52,691 nucleotides of DNA, taken from IMG/VR virus record IMGVR_UViG_3300046467_000501, positions 1 to 52,691 of that record. The stretch is one strand, 5' to 3'. Position numbers and translations under genes: made by a program. Positions 23,906-32,323 of this stretch are shown piece by piece. The notes under the pieces are model-generated. The model did no database searches. It had not been told where the DNA came from and saw nothing but the letters and a program-made list of their open reading frames with translations. Origin of the DNA: a virus (Duplodnaviria; Caudoviricetes). The first letter of the stretch is position 1, and each line of letters begins with the position of its first letter.

Positions 23906-26900
23906 AAGTGCCGGGGAGAACCTCAGATAAATCGATAGGAGGCGCTTGTTCAGGCGAACCCGTCCTGTTCGTCCTTACATCTTCTTGCAACTGATTCAAG
24001 ACAGACGCGCCCCTCTTGCTATTACCACTTCCCAATCCAGCAACAACATCCCCCGCTACCACAAATTCACCATCGCTCGTTAAGATGGGATAAGAGTCAG
24101 GCTCACCGGGATTGACTATGCCCAGCCTGTCATCGGCCATTGCATCTCCGTCACCGGGGATAAGACCACCCGCCTGCATCGGCACCGTTTGTTCCGACTG
24201 ACCCATCATGCCCACCAATTCTTCTAATGCTCCGGGGAAAGCTTCTTGGAATCCTGTGATTGTCTGTTCTGACTCTGGATCGTTTGGATTCTGTAACGCT
24301 TCCATCACTGCATCAATAACCTGAGAGCCCGTTTCATCCTGTAGCAATTCCTCAAGAATGCTGGCAGACCCTATTGGGCCACCAGCTTGTTTCGCGGGAA
24401 GTTCTACCGGAGCGACAGGGGGTGGTGGTGGGACATAGCTTTCAGTTGGTACTGCCGGGACATAGCTTTCAACGTCAGCGGCTGGCGCATTTATCCTGTT
24501 CAACATATCTGCGGTGCCCTGATCTCCCGCTTGTGTAAACTGTGCAGCAGTTGTCGGCATACTAAACGGATTGTATCCACTGCCTTCAAACAGGTTGCCC
24601 AAGCCCTGACCTGATCCAGTCCCTGTGTCTTGGCCTCCCTGCGTTGGCATTACGCGACCATACCCCGGAACCTGTGTAGTAGCCTCTGCCTCTGCGGCTG
24701 CGGCTGCGGCTTCTGCAACCTTGGCGGCGTGTGCCTCCTGTGCCTCCCGTGCAGCCTTCCTTGCAGCATCTGCCTGCCGTGCAGCTTCTTTCGCTGCTTC
24801 TGGGTCAGCCGTTTCGATTCGTTCAGTCTCTCTTTCCTCTTGAGCAGCCTCCTCTGCATCGGTATCTACACCTACTCGTTGTTCTGGCCTCCTGCCAACA
24901 ACAGGCCCTTCAATTTCAATACCTGCTGGGGCAATTGGATTACCGAACATATCTAGACCAACCTGCTGCTCTCCACCCGCACCTACCTGCGTTGGATCTG
25001 GACCCATAGCCTGATAGTCGAATGGGTCTGGCATTCCCGGCTTCCATCCGCCCGGAATCCACGGAACTCCCGGCGGGAGATCTGAGGGTCTGGGAGGAGT
25101 CGTGGGTGTAGGCGTAGCAGTAGGTGTGGGCGTAGGCATAGCCGCTGCCGTTAACGGCGCAACAGCAGCTACATCGGGCGGCACATCCGCTGGGCCTCTG
25201 TCAGCCGGATAACCAAATAACTCTTCTGGTCCACCGAAATCAGGAGGCTCAACAGTTCGTGGTGGAACCGGAGGTTGAGCAGCAACTGGTGCAATGGGTT
25301 GTGGAGGTGGTGGCCCAAAGAAATCCTCGACAGGAGGCTCTTCCCCAATCTCAGGTGGTCTAAACGGAGATGGAGGTGGCACCGATGGCGGAGGTAGGGT
25401 CGGTGGCCCAAACTCATCAATTGTCGGTCCCACTAGGTGCCTGAAGTCATCGAAAGAAGGAGGCTCAACAGTTTGTGGTGGAACCGGAGATGGAGGTGGC
25501 ACCGATTCTCTTATTTTCTTCTGATCTTTTTTAGTAAGTTTCTTTCCTTCATCTATCTTTTTCTGTATACGCTTAGGCAGATCAGGCACTACCGGGGGCT
25601 GAAAACTCAGACCGGGGCCACCAGTGCCAGCATAGGGATCGGGCGCTGGTGGCGGAGGCGGTGCAACCGGAGGAGCAACCATTGGTGGAGGTGACGAAGG
25701 CGGATGTATCAATGGCGGCGGAAGCGCAGAAGCAGGTTGAACAGGTGCCGCCGGGGGTGGCGGAGCCATTTGTGGAGGTGGCGCAGGTACTGGAGAAGGA
25801 GGAGCAACCGGAGGCGGTGGAAGGGGCTTAGGAACAAACTCTGGAATAGCTGCTGCTGGAGGTGGTGCAGGTGCCTGACCTAATCCAGTTCCTCCTGTCG
25901 CTGCTATCCCTCCTATCATCCCCTGACCTAATCCAGTTCCTCCTATGCCCTGTAGCCTTCCTATATCTATACCCTGTATCCCTCCTGCATCACGCCTACG
26001 TTGCAAACCTTGTCCTATCATCCCCCTACCACCCCGTGTCCCCCCTTGTCTTCCCCTTATTGCTGCAATGCTTGATCCGATGCCTCCCCTACCTCTCCTA
26101 CCCCTGCTTCTTTTACCCCCTTTCTTGCCACCCTTACGGCCCCTCAATTTCTTTATATAACTGCCAACACCGTATTCGGGGATTGGTCCGCCACCGAAAC
26201 GGCGGCTGGCATAAAGATTATCTACATAGCCTCCTTGTGCCCTAGTCTGCGGTAGATGAGAGAAGAGGTTGTAGACTTGTGAGGTTGGCGCACTAACATC
26301 AGTCATCATGCCCCCACCTGCTGGCCTTCCACCACCCCCACCAGCACCAACGGTAGATATCCGGCCAGACGCTGGGCCACCTGCACCCCCAGCATGACCT
26401 GCCCCCATAGCTTCATTGGCGGCAACCATAGGTGCCATCCGCAACAGATCTTCCATACTATACTGATCTTTTAGACCGCCTAACGCACCTTCCAGTTTAT
26501 CTTGCCAGCTTCCTCCTGCCTCTCCCCAGCCTTTCTTTGCTCCCCGTAATCCCTTGGCACCCGCATAGGTGCCCATGCCAGTCATAATTCCTTTCTGTAA
26601 GGCGCTCCCCCAATCTCCACCTTGTAGTTTGGAGGAAAGTGTCTTGCTAAGTCCGCCTACCACCCCTGCCCCCAACGGTCCCATAGTAAGTCCCGCAACT
26701 ATTGGAGCAGCCTTCAGGGCCAGCTTACCGACTTGCCCCGCTTTCTTCTTGATCCAGTCGCCAAACCCATAAGCTGGGATATAGCCACCGTTGGCATAGA
26801 TCATCGGCACATAGCCACCACCAGCTAGGCCATAAGGCATCATATAACCGCCACCAGCTAAACCGATGATGCCACCAGAAGACATTGGTTCAATGCTCAT

Positions 26901-27752
26901 TTTCCAACTCGTTGGAGGTCCACCTGCACCTGCATCACCACCGCCTCCACCACCGCCTCCCGCAGATGGAGAAGGTGATGTTGGCCTAGCGAATCCTGCT
27001 GGCAATAATGCTACCTGATCCTGCACTGTTGGCTGCTGCGGCGGCGGACCATATGGTCGAGCCATATCGGTCATCTGCGGAGGCACTTGCGTCGGCGCAC
27101 TTCCGATCATGTCAGTCCGCTGTAGCGCCATCCCCGGAGGCGCTTGCATCGCCGCCTGCTGCATCTGCTGTGGCCCACTTGCCCATCCCGGTGATGGCAG
27201 CATCCCCGGCTGTGGTGGCGGAGGCCGTGCCGTGCTAAATGTTTGCAGTAACTTTTCTTCCTGTGGTGAGCGTACCGACATTCCTATCATCGGATTCGCT
27301 CGTTGCGCCTCCCCCTCTCTCTGTATCGTTGCTTGCAATGTCGCGTACTCAGACTCCATCTGCGGCGTGATTTGCTGCTGCGCTTGCTGCTGCATCATTT
27401 GCTGACGAGCTAACATCTGTTGTCGCATCTGCGGGCTGGGGCTGAACTGCTGCTGCTGCTGCCCAAACGCCTGCTGAACCCCCGCCTGCTGCTGTTGCAA
27501 CTGCCTCCCCGGAATTGGCTGGGGAAACTGCCCCTGTTGATATAGTTTATAGCCCTTGGGACTAAGGCCCATTTTCGCCGCAGGAGACGATGGATCATAA
27601 TCTGACGGCATCATAGCGGCCTGCTGGCCCATCATCTGCTGTGGTTGCTGCATCGGTCCCGGCAGTGGCTGTCCCCATCTTTGTTGCGCCTGCTGTGCTT
27701 GCTGCTGGAATTGCTGACGCAACCCACCTATACCACGACCGGGATGTGGCAT
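23886..27752 (-). CDS. low-complexity Gln/Pro/Gly-rich virion protein (1288 aa)
   Basis: Continuous ORF abutting both neighbours; C-terminal GDGDAMADD...TSDGEFVVAGDVV...G.GNS..GA domain of the type seen in phage virion proteins. Confidence 0.65.
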   Translation of the reverse strand: MPHPGRGIGGLRQQFQQQAQQAQQRWGQPLPGPMQQPQQMMGQQAAMMPSDYDPSSPAAKMGLSPKGYKLYQQGQFPQPIPGRQLQQQQAGVQQAFGQQQQQFSPSPQMRQQMLARQQMMQQQAQQQITPQMESEYATLQATIQREGEAQRANPMIGMSVRSPQEEKLLQTFSTARPPPPQPGMLPSPGWASGPQQMQQAAMQAPPGMALQRTDMIGSAPTQVPPQMTDMARPYGPPPQQPTVQDQVALLPAGFARPTSPSPSAGGGGGGGGDAGAGGPPTSWKMSIEPMSSGGIIGLAGGGYMMPYGLAGGGYVPMIYANGGYIPAYGFGDWIKKKAGQVGKLALKAAPIVAGLTMGPLGAGVVGGLSKTLSSKLQGGDWGSALQKGIMTGMGTYAGAKGLRGAKKGWGEAGGSWQDKLEGALGGLKDQYSMEDLLRMAPMVAANEAMGAGHAGGAGGPASGRISTVGAGGGGGRPAGGGMMTDVSAPTSQVYNLFSHLPQTRAQGGYVDNLYASRRFGGGPIPEYGVGSYIKKLRGRKGGKKGGKRSRGRRGRGGIGSSIAAIRGRQGGTRGGRGMIGQGLQRRRDAGGIQGIDIGRLQGIGGTGLGQGMIGGIAATGGTGLGQAPAPPPAAAIPEFVPKPLPPPPVAPPSPVPAPPPQMAPPPPAAPVQPASALPPPLIHPPSSPPPMVAPPVAPPPPPAPDPYAGTGGPGLSFQPPVVPDLPKRIQKKIDEGKKLTKKDQKKIRESVPPPSPVPPQTVEPPSFDDFRHLVGPTIDEFGPPTLPPPSVPPPSPFRPPEIGEEPPVEDFFGPPPPQPIAPVAAQPPVPPRTVEPPDFGGPEELFGYPADRGPADVPPDVAAVAPLTAAAMPTPTPTATPTPTTPPRPSDLPPGVPWIPGGWKPGMPDPFDYQAMGPDPTQVGAGGEQQVGLDMFGNPIAPAGIEIEGPVVGRRPEQRVGVDTDAEEAAQEERETERIETADPEAAKEAARQADAARKAAREAQEAHAAKVAEAAAAAAEAEATTQVPGYGRVMPTQGGQDTGTGSGQGLGNLFEGSGYNPFSMPTTAAQFTQAGDQGTADMLNRINAPAADVESYVPAVPTESYVPPPPPVAPVELPAKQAGGPIGSASILEELLQDETGSQVIDAVMEALQNPNDPESEQTITGFQEAFPGALEELVGMMGQSEQTVPMQAGGLIPGDGDAMADDRLGIVNPGEPDSYPILTSDGEFVVAGDVVAGLGSGNSKRGASVLNQLQEDVRTNRTGSPEQAPPIDLSEVLPGTYGEEYA

Positions 27753-28082
27753 TTAACTAGTCTCTACGCCGAAGATGCTGAACGACATATCGCCTGAATT
27801 CGCGTAAATAGTGATCACATCATTTTCGCTTAGAGTTATGCCAACGATGATGAAGGTCGTATCGTTAGCGGCAACTGATTTACCGTAGTAGATGTAATGC
27901 TCATTTGCTACGGTTGCGCCCGATGGTCGCACAGCCACCCTGAAGGTGAGTGCCCCAGCGGAGCGGTTGCAAGCGGCAATAGAACTGACCGTCGTTACAG
28001 TAGCGTCCGGTACTGTATACAGATCGGTATTCGTTGTAGCGTCCGGTGCTGATTGCCCCAGTACCTTTAAGGTATCAGCCAT
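27753..28082 (-). CDS. putative structural protein (109 aa)
   Basis: MADTLKVLGQ...TDLYTVP, beta-rich; lies in the tail cluster. Confidence 0.7.
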   Translation of the reverse strand: MADTLKVLGQSAPDATTNTDLYTVPDATVTTVSSIAACNRSAGALTFRVAVRPSGATVANEHYIYYGKSVAANDTTFIIVGITLSENDVITIYANSGDMSFSIFGVETS

Positions 28083-28278
28083 TACTAGCACCAAGCAATA
28101 AAAACTGATATTTGCGGAGTGACAGAGAACTGTCGCTATCAGCTTGTACCTTCACAGAATTGATGTCACTACTGACATCCTGAAAGTTTTGTTCAATGGT
28201 TCTGCGGGACATACTCTCATCGTATTCTTCGTATTCATGCGGTGCGCGGTTGAGCGGACGATAGACTTTGATGCTCAT
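28075..28278 (-). CDS. hypothetical structural protein
   Basis: ATGA-coupled to the nozzle-like gene. Confidence 0.65.
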   Translation of the reverse strand: MSIKVYRPLNRAPHEYEEYDESMSRRTIEQNFQDVSSDINSVKVQADSDSSLSLRKYQFLLLGASNG

Positions 28279-30656
28279 CGTCTGCCATCCGTTCTGCCGT
28301 CAAGTCGTATATGGCCGACACGCCAACCATATCCGGCACCTGTACTCTGTACCTTCATCGACACCTGTCTGGCCCTGCCACGAATAAACGACTCATCTGT
28401 GCTGGACGTAACCGTGGCAGTAGCTATCTCAGATTGTGCTTGTGCGGGATAGTTATGTCCGTTCAAGCTGATTGTCACCTCATCAGCGGAATCACCACCC
28501 CTGAACTGGATGTCTGGTATGATTTTATGCAGTGACCAGAATTGATCACCTTCGCCAAGCTCAATGTCGCCCGTTTCAATATAGGCCGTCATCGCTGACC
28601 CATCATCGTCATAGCCGTTTTCGTGACTGTACAGCAGATTTGGGTATAGACCCTTCACTGTGTTTCCGCCGCCCGTGGCAGAGGATGTAGCAAGATCAGC
28701 CAAGGTAATCGTGTAAGTACTCGCATCCGTGATGGATGCAACGGTATGCTGATTATTCAGCACCACGGTCGAAAGACCACCAACCGTCGATACGTTCTGC
28801 AAAATAATCTCGTCATCGGCCTTTAGCCCATGTCCTGAATCTGTGATTGTGACAGTACCGGAAGTATTGGTTGTCGCTATCGGAGTAGTACCTAAATCCC
28901 TTTCCCGTATCGAAGAAGCGAGCGGATAAGTCTTTGTACCCGCATGATTCCATCCACCACGCACCATCGTTCCGTTATACCAGATATTTTCGGCATAATT
29001 GAAGATGACATACTTGTCGATTTCACCGTTACCGGACTCAGATGGATAGAACCATATGACTTCAGAGAAGTCTGTGTTCGATCCAGCAACCACCTTATAG
29101 GATTGGCTGTCATCAAAGTCATCGAATACGGTGCCCAATATGGGGCAGGCAAGCCTTTGCGCCGTTCCGGTATAGGTGTAAAACGCACCGCGATCCATGA
29201 AATAAACCGTACCGCCTGCGTTTACCGCCGCGTTGGGCGATACCATCGACATACCCTTGGCCGTCTCTGTAAACGAGAAATAGAAGGGGCTACCGATATA
29301 TCTCATGCTGACGATACCACAATCAGTCCATATCAGAATCTCTTGGCGCGTCATCATCGCACCCACGATCTCCGAACAAGCTGGTAATTCCTGACCACCA
29401 GCACTATTAGTCGATAGCGGTTGCCATACGCCAGCGGCTTCTGAGCTAGACCATCTAACGAGCAATGGATTGATTGTCGTCCCACCAATCTCGTTGCAAC
29501 CGAATGCAATGACATGACGGGCAACATCCGACATCATCACTTGATGAGCGGCTGTGGGCGTGTAGTAGGTTCCGGCTTTGTAGGTTGCAACTACAGCAGA
29601 ACCACCACCCGTCGCCGTGCCACTAGCATTTGCACCACCAACATCTGCCGTGAACGTGGCTTTATTTGTAACAGAGGCCACGGTCATTTCCACGTTCAAT
29701 CTCGCCGCGCTTATGCCGCCTATGGCCCCGCTCACCCCAGAAATCGTAACCGTATCTCCAGCAGTAGCCCCGTGACCAGCTTTGTCGATGATCGTAATAA
29801 CGGTAGAACCACTAGCGGTCGTTACCGGATCATTTGAAAGGGTCACGGTACGGCGTGTTATATCGCTGAGTGCTACGGCAGCAGTTCCCGTACCCACACT
29901 CTCATCCCAGTAATAGATATTTCCTTGCCGAACATTGGTGATCAAATCATCACCGAAATTTGCCATCGACCACAGGCGTAACTGATTGGCTTGACCTATA
30001 CCGGCCCCAGATCCCCAACCATCAGATCCCCAGGGATCTGCACCATAGCCAGATGCCGATACATAAGTATTGAGTCCGGTATTGATCTGGAATGCGGCGG
30101 TTACGCTACTTCCACCACCGCTCGCGCTGGACGTTGCTTTCGTAGAGCACACAACCCGAAATTTTGTGTCGGGGTTGGCATCGCTAGGATCGCCAAGTGC
30201 TACGATACGATGCTCTGTATTGAGTGCGCCTGTACCGATACCAGCCGTGGCTGTTGCGCCCGCAATGGTTACATAATCGCCTACAACCGCCCCGTGATTG
30301 GTGGCTGTTTCAATAGTAACAACAGCAGTACCATCGACAGCCGTGATCTTATCAGTACCAAGGGTGAGTGTAGTACGGGTGGGCGTAATATCGTAGTAGT
30401 TATCGCCAAGGCTTACATACAGCTTCAGATTCGTACCAACCCCGACATACTTATCGCCGGAATCGGTAGCCCAGTCATGGAGCTTTCGGGCAGTCCCTAA
30501 ATAAGTCGCCAAAACATACTTAGTCCAACCGCCGATCTTCTCAGCGAACCCCTTACGAAATCGCACCTTATCAGAATCATACCAAGTACCCTGTGCGGAA
30601 TACCTAGTACCATCCGTAAAAAGTCCAGCCGTGGGTGCGATTTTGGTAAATGACAT
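28275..30656 (-). CDS. tail nozzle/stabilisation protein
   Basis: WYDSDKVRFRKGFAEKIGGW start, propeller-like Trp/Asp repeats, R..G.RLDGRTDGRR end; three inserted beta domains. Confidence 0.7.
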   Translation of the reverse strand: MSFTKIAPTAGLFTDGTRYSAQGTWYDSDKVRFRKGFAEKIGGWTKYVLATYLGTARKLHDWATDSGDKYVGVGTNLKLYVSLGDNYYDITPTRTTLTLGTDKITAVDGTAVVTIETATNHGAVVGDYVTIAGATATAGIGTGALNTEHRIVALGDPSDANPDTKFRVVCSTKATSSASGGGSSVTAAFQINTGLNTYVSASGYGADPWGSDGWGSGAGIGQANQLRLWSMANFGDDLITNVRQGNIYYWDESVGTGTAAVALSDITRRTVTLSNDPVTTASGSTVITIIDKAGHGATAGDTVTISGVSGAIGGISAARLNVEMTVASVTNKATFTADVGGANASGTATGGGSAVVATYKAGTYYTPTAAHQVMMSDVARHVIAFGCNEIGGTTINPLLVRWSSSEAAGVWQPLSTNSAGGQELPACSEIVGAMMTRQEILIWTDCGIVSMRYIGSPFYFSFTETAKGMSMVSPNAAVNAGGTVYFMDRGAFYTYTGTAQRLACPILGTVFDDFDDSQSYKVVAGSNTDFSEVIWFYPSESGNGEIDKYVIFNYAENIWYNGTMVRGGWNHAGTKTYPLASSIRERDLGTTPIATTNTSGTVTITDSGHGLKADDEIILQNVSTVGGLSTVVLNNQHTVASITDASTYTITLADLATSSATGGGNTVKGLYPNLLYSHENGYDDDGSAMTAYIETGDIELGEGDQFWSLHKIIPDIQFRGGDSADEVTISLNGHNYPAQAQSEIATATVTSSTDESFIRGRARQVSMKVQSTGAGYGWRVGHIRLDGRTDGRR

Positions 30657-30661
30657 CGCTG

Positions 30662-30964
30662 TTATTGTCCAACGATACCGTTAGTCCTCGTAACCGTTAA
30701 GCAGCGACTACCCGGATCATTGCTATCTAGATCACCCCCGACAATCTCATCGCCGGATTGCATACCTATGCCTATGAGAAAAGCTTCCCACTTGGACTGG
30801 GCATCAATATGTGCGCTACGACATTCATTCACGGACTGAAGCAAGTTCTTGGCCAAGTCGGCTTGCTCTATAGAAAAATAAATATCTCTGGTAGAGATAC
30901 CATTTGTTTTCTCCTCTGTCGGCGCACTTCCAGAGATATCTACAGCTTCCTTACTTTTTGACAT
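30662..30964 (-). CDS. hypothetical protein
   Basis: AAGGA before ATG at 30964 (MSKSKEAV...). Confidence 0.55.
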   Translation of the reverse strand: MSKSKEAVDISGSAPTEEKTNGISTRDIYFSIEQADLAKNLLQSVNECRSAHIDAQSKWEAFLIGIGMQSGDEIVGGDLDSNDPGSRCLTVTRTNGIVGQ

Positions 30965-31181
30965 ATGTGATCCTTGCTTTGAGATTTTCAGTTTCCGTTT
31001 CAACCGCCGCGAGACGTTCCCCATGTAAATCCACCTTATCGTCTAATCTATTAACGACCCTCTCAATCTGAATGACCGACTGTTTCATGCCGTTCATACC
31101 TACCTTAACCCCCCCATACGCAGCCCCGGCAGCAAGTGGTGCTGCCAAAAGGGAGATCAGCGTAGTGATGTCGGCCTCCAT
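30951..31181 (-). CDS. small TM + coiled-coil protein
   Basis: Hydrophobic N-terminus followed by a heptad region. Confidence 0.65.
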   Translation of the reverse strand: MEADITTLISLLAAPLAAGAAYGGVKVGMNGMKQSVIQIERVVNRLDDKVDLHGERLAAVETETENLKARITYVKK

Positions 31182-31480
31182 CAGCGTTGTTCGTCAAGAT
31201 CCTTACGGATCTCTTCCAATTCCATGGACATAAAATCTAATCTCATATTTTGCTCCGCATCAGCAGGCAAGCTTCCTAGCTCCCCACGCGGCCAAAGAAC
31301 GCGAAATTCGCTATTCGCTTCAATCTGTACATTAGAAAGTTCTGCATCTCGTTCCAAAACACTGAGTCTCTCACCCACCCTGAAGTATCCCATGACTGCA
31401 ACTGCTGTCGCAGCGATGAGTGCTATAAGATTACGCACAGGAATCGTGACCTCGCTGCTGTCATTTAGCCGTGCTGACAT
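31181..31480 (-). CDS. TM + coiled-coil hypothetical protein
   Basis: IPVRNLIALIAATAVAVMGYF TM; start 31480 preferred (31513 possible). Confidence 0.65.
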   Translation of the reverse strand: MSARLNDSSEVTIPVRNLIALIAATAVAVMGYFRVGERLSVLERDAELSNVQIEANSEFRVLWPRGELGSLPADAEQNMRLDFMSMELEEIRKDLDEQR

Positions 31481-31494
31481 AATCCCATCCTGAT

Positions 31495-31815
31495 CTAGCT
31501 TTGATCCTGCCATGGAGGTGTCATCTCTTCTGTCGCTGGACTCTCCTGTTCAGCAACCTTTGCGTCGAGCGCAGTTTTGATCGCATCCACATCAAGACCA
31601 GCCTCACACCAGCCTTGGACATCGGCTTTAGTCAGGCTCTCAAATGATATGAACGGATTACCAGACTGATAATTTACCTCTAGATGTCCTCCATCACTCC
31701 AAGAAGAATCGCCATCCCTAGCGGTCAAGCGCCAAACAACATCAAACACAACATCTGTCTGGCCCTCAGAGCTTTTATAGCAATCCAACTCACCGAACTC
31801 CCAATCGTATGTCAT
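31495..31815 (-). CDS. putative tail-fibre assembly/chaperone-like protein, copy 2
   Basis: MTYDW...EGQTDVV...WRL...PF..F..LTK..V.GW...TPPW; clear paralogue of 31987..32319. Confidence 0.7.
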   Translation of the reverse strand: MTYDWEFGELDCYKSSEGQTDVVFDVVWRLTARDGDSSWSDGGHLEVNYQSGNPFISFESLTKADVQGWCEAGLDVDAIKTALDAKVAEQESPATEEMTPPWQDQS

Positions 31816-31826
31816 CTAATTCTCCA

Positions 31827-31985
31827 TTATCCTGCACTAATTCTCACATCGCCGGAAGAGTTCCAAAGCTGACCAGCTACACCGGGATCACTGGTAACGA
31901 GTCCCGTGAGCTTGAACGCCGCGTTGTTCGCGGTGACCGCCTTGGCAGATGGCACCACTTGCTGGAGCGTCTCCGCAATCCTCAC
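31827..31985 (-). pseudogene. orphan tail-fibre C-terminal tip (52 aa)
   Basis: Ends LVTSDPGVAGQLWNSSGDVRISAG versus the fibre end MATSDPSVAGALWNDSGTVKISSG. Confidence 0.7.
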
Positions 31986-31986
31986 C

Positions 31987-32319
31987 CTAGCTCTGCTCCT
32001 GCCACGGCGGCGTCATCGCTTCGGTCGTCGGTGTGATCTCTTCCGCAATCATCCCGTCGATCTTGGCCTTGAGCGCGTCCACTTGATCGTCGCCCAGATT
32101 CGTCACCGCCCAGCCCTCAACTACGCTTTTCGTTAGATCAGGATACGGTACGAACGGATCGCCCTCGGTATATGTGCATCCGACCCTGCCATATAGGAAA
32201 GCGGAATGACCAGTATTGTCGGTCCCTCCCAGCCTCCAGTGTATGCAATAGACGACATCCGTCTGGCCCTCCGCAGAGGGGCGAACGTCTAGCATTGAGA
32301 AAAACCAATCGTAGGTCAT
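31987..32319 (-). CDS. putative tail-fibre assembly/chaperone-like protein, copy 1
   Basis: Directly downstream of the tail fibre; same motifs as copy 2. Confidence 0.7.
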   Translation of the reverse strand: MTYDWFFSMLDVRPSAEGQTDVVYCIHWRLGGTDNTGHSAFLYGRVGCTYTEGDPFVPYPDLTKSVVEGWAVTNLGDDQVDALKAKIDGMIAEEITPTTEAMTPPWQEQS

Positions 32320-32323
32320 GTCA

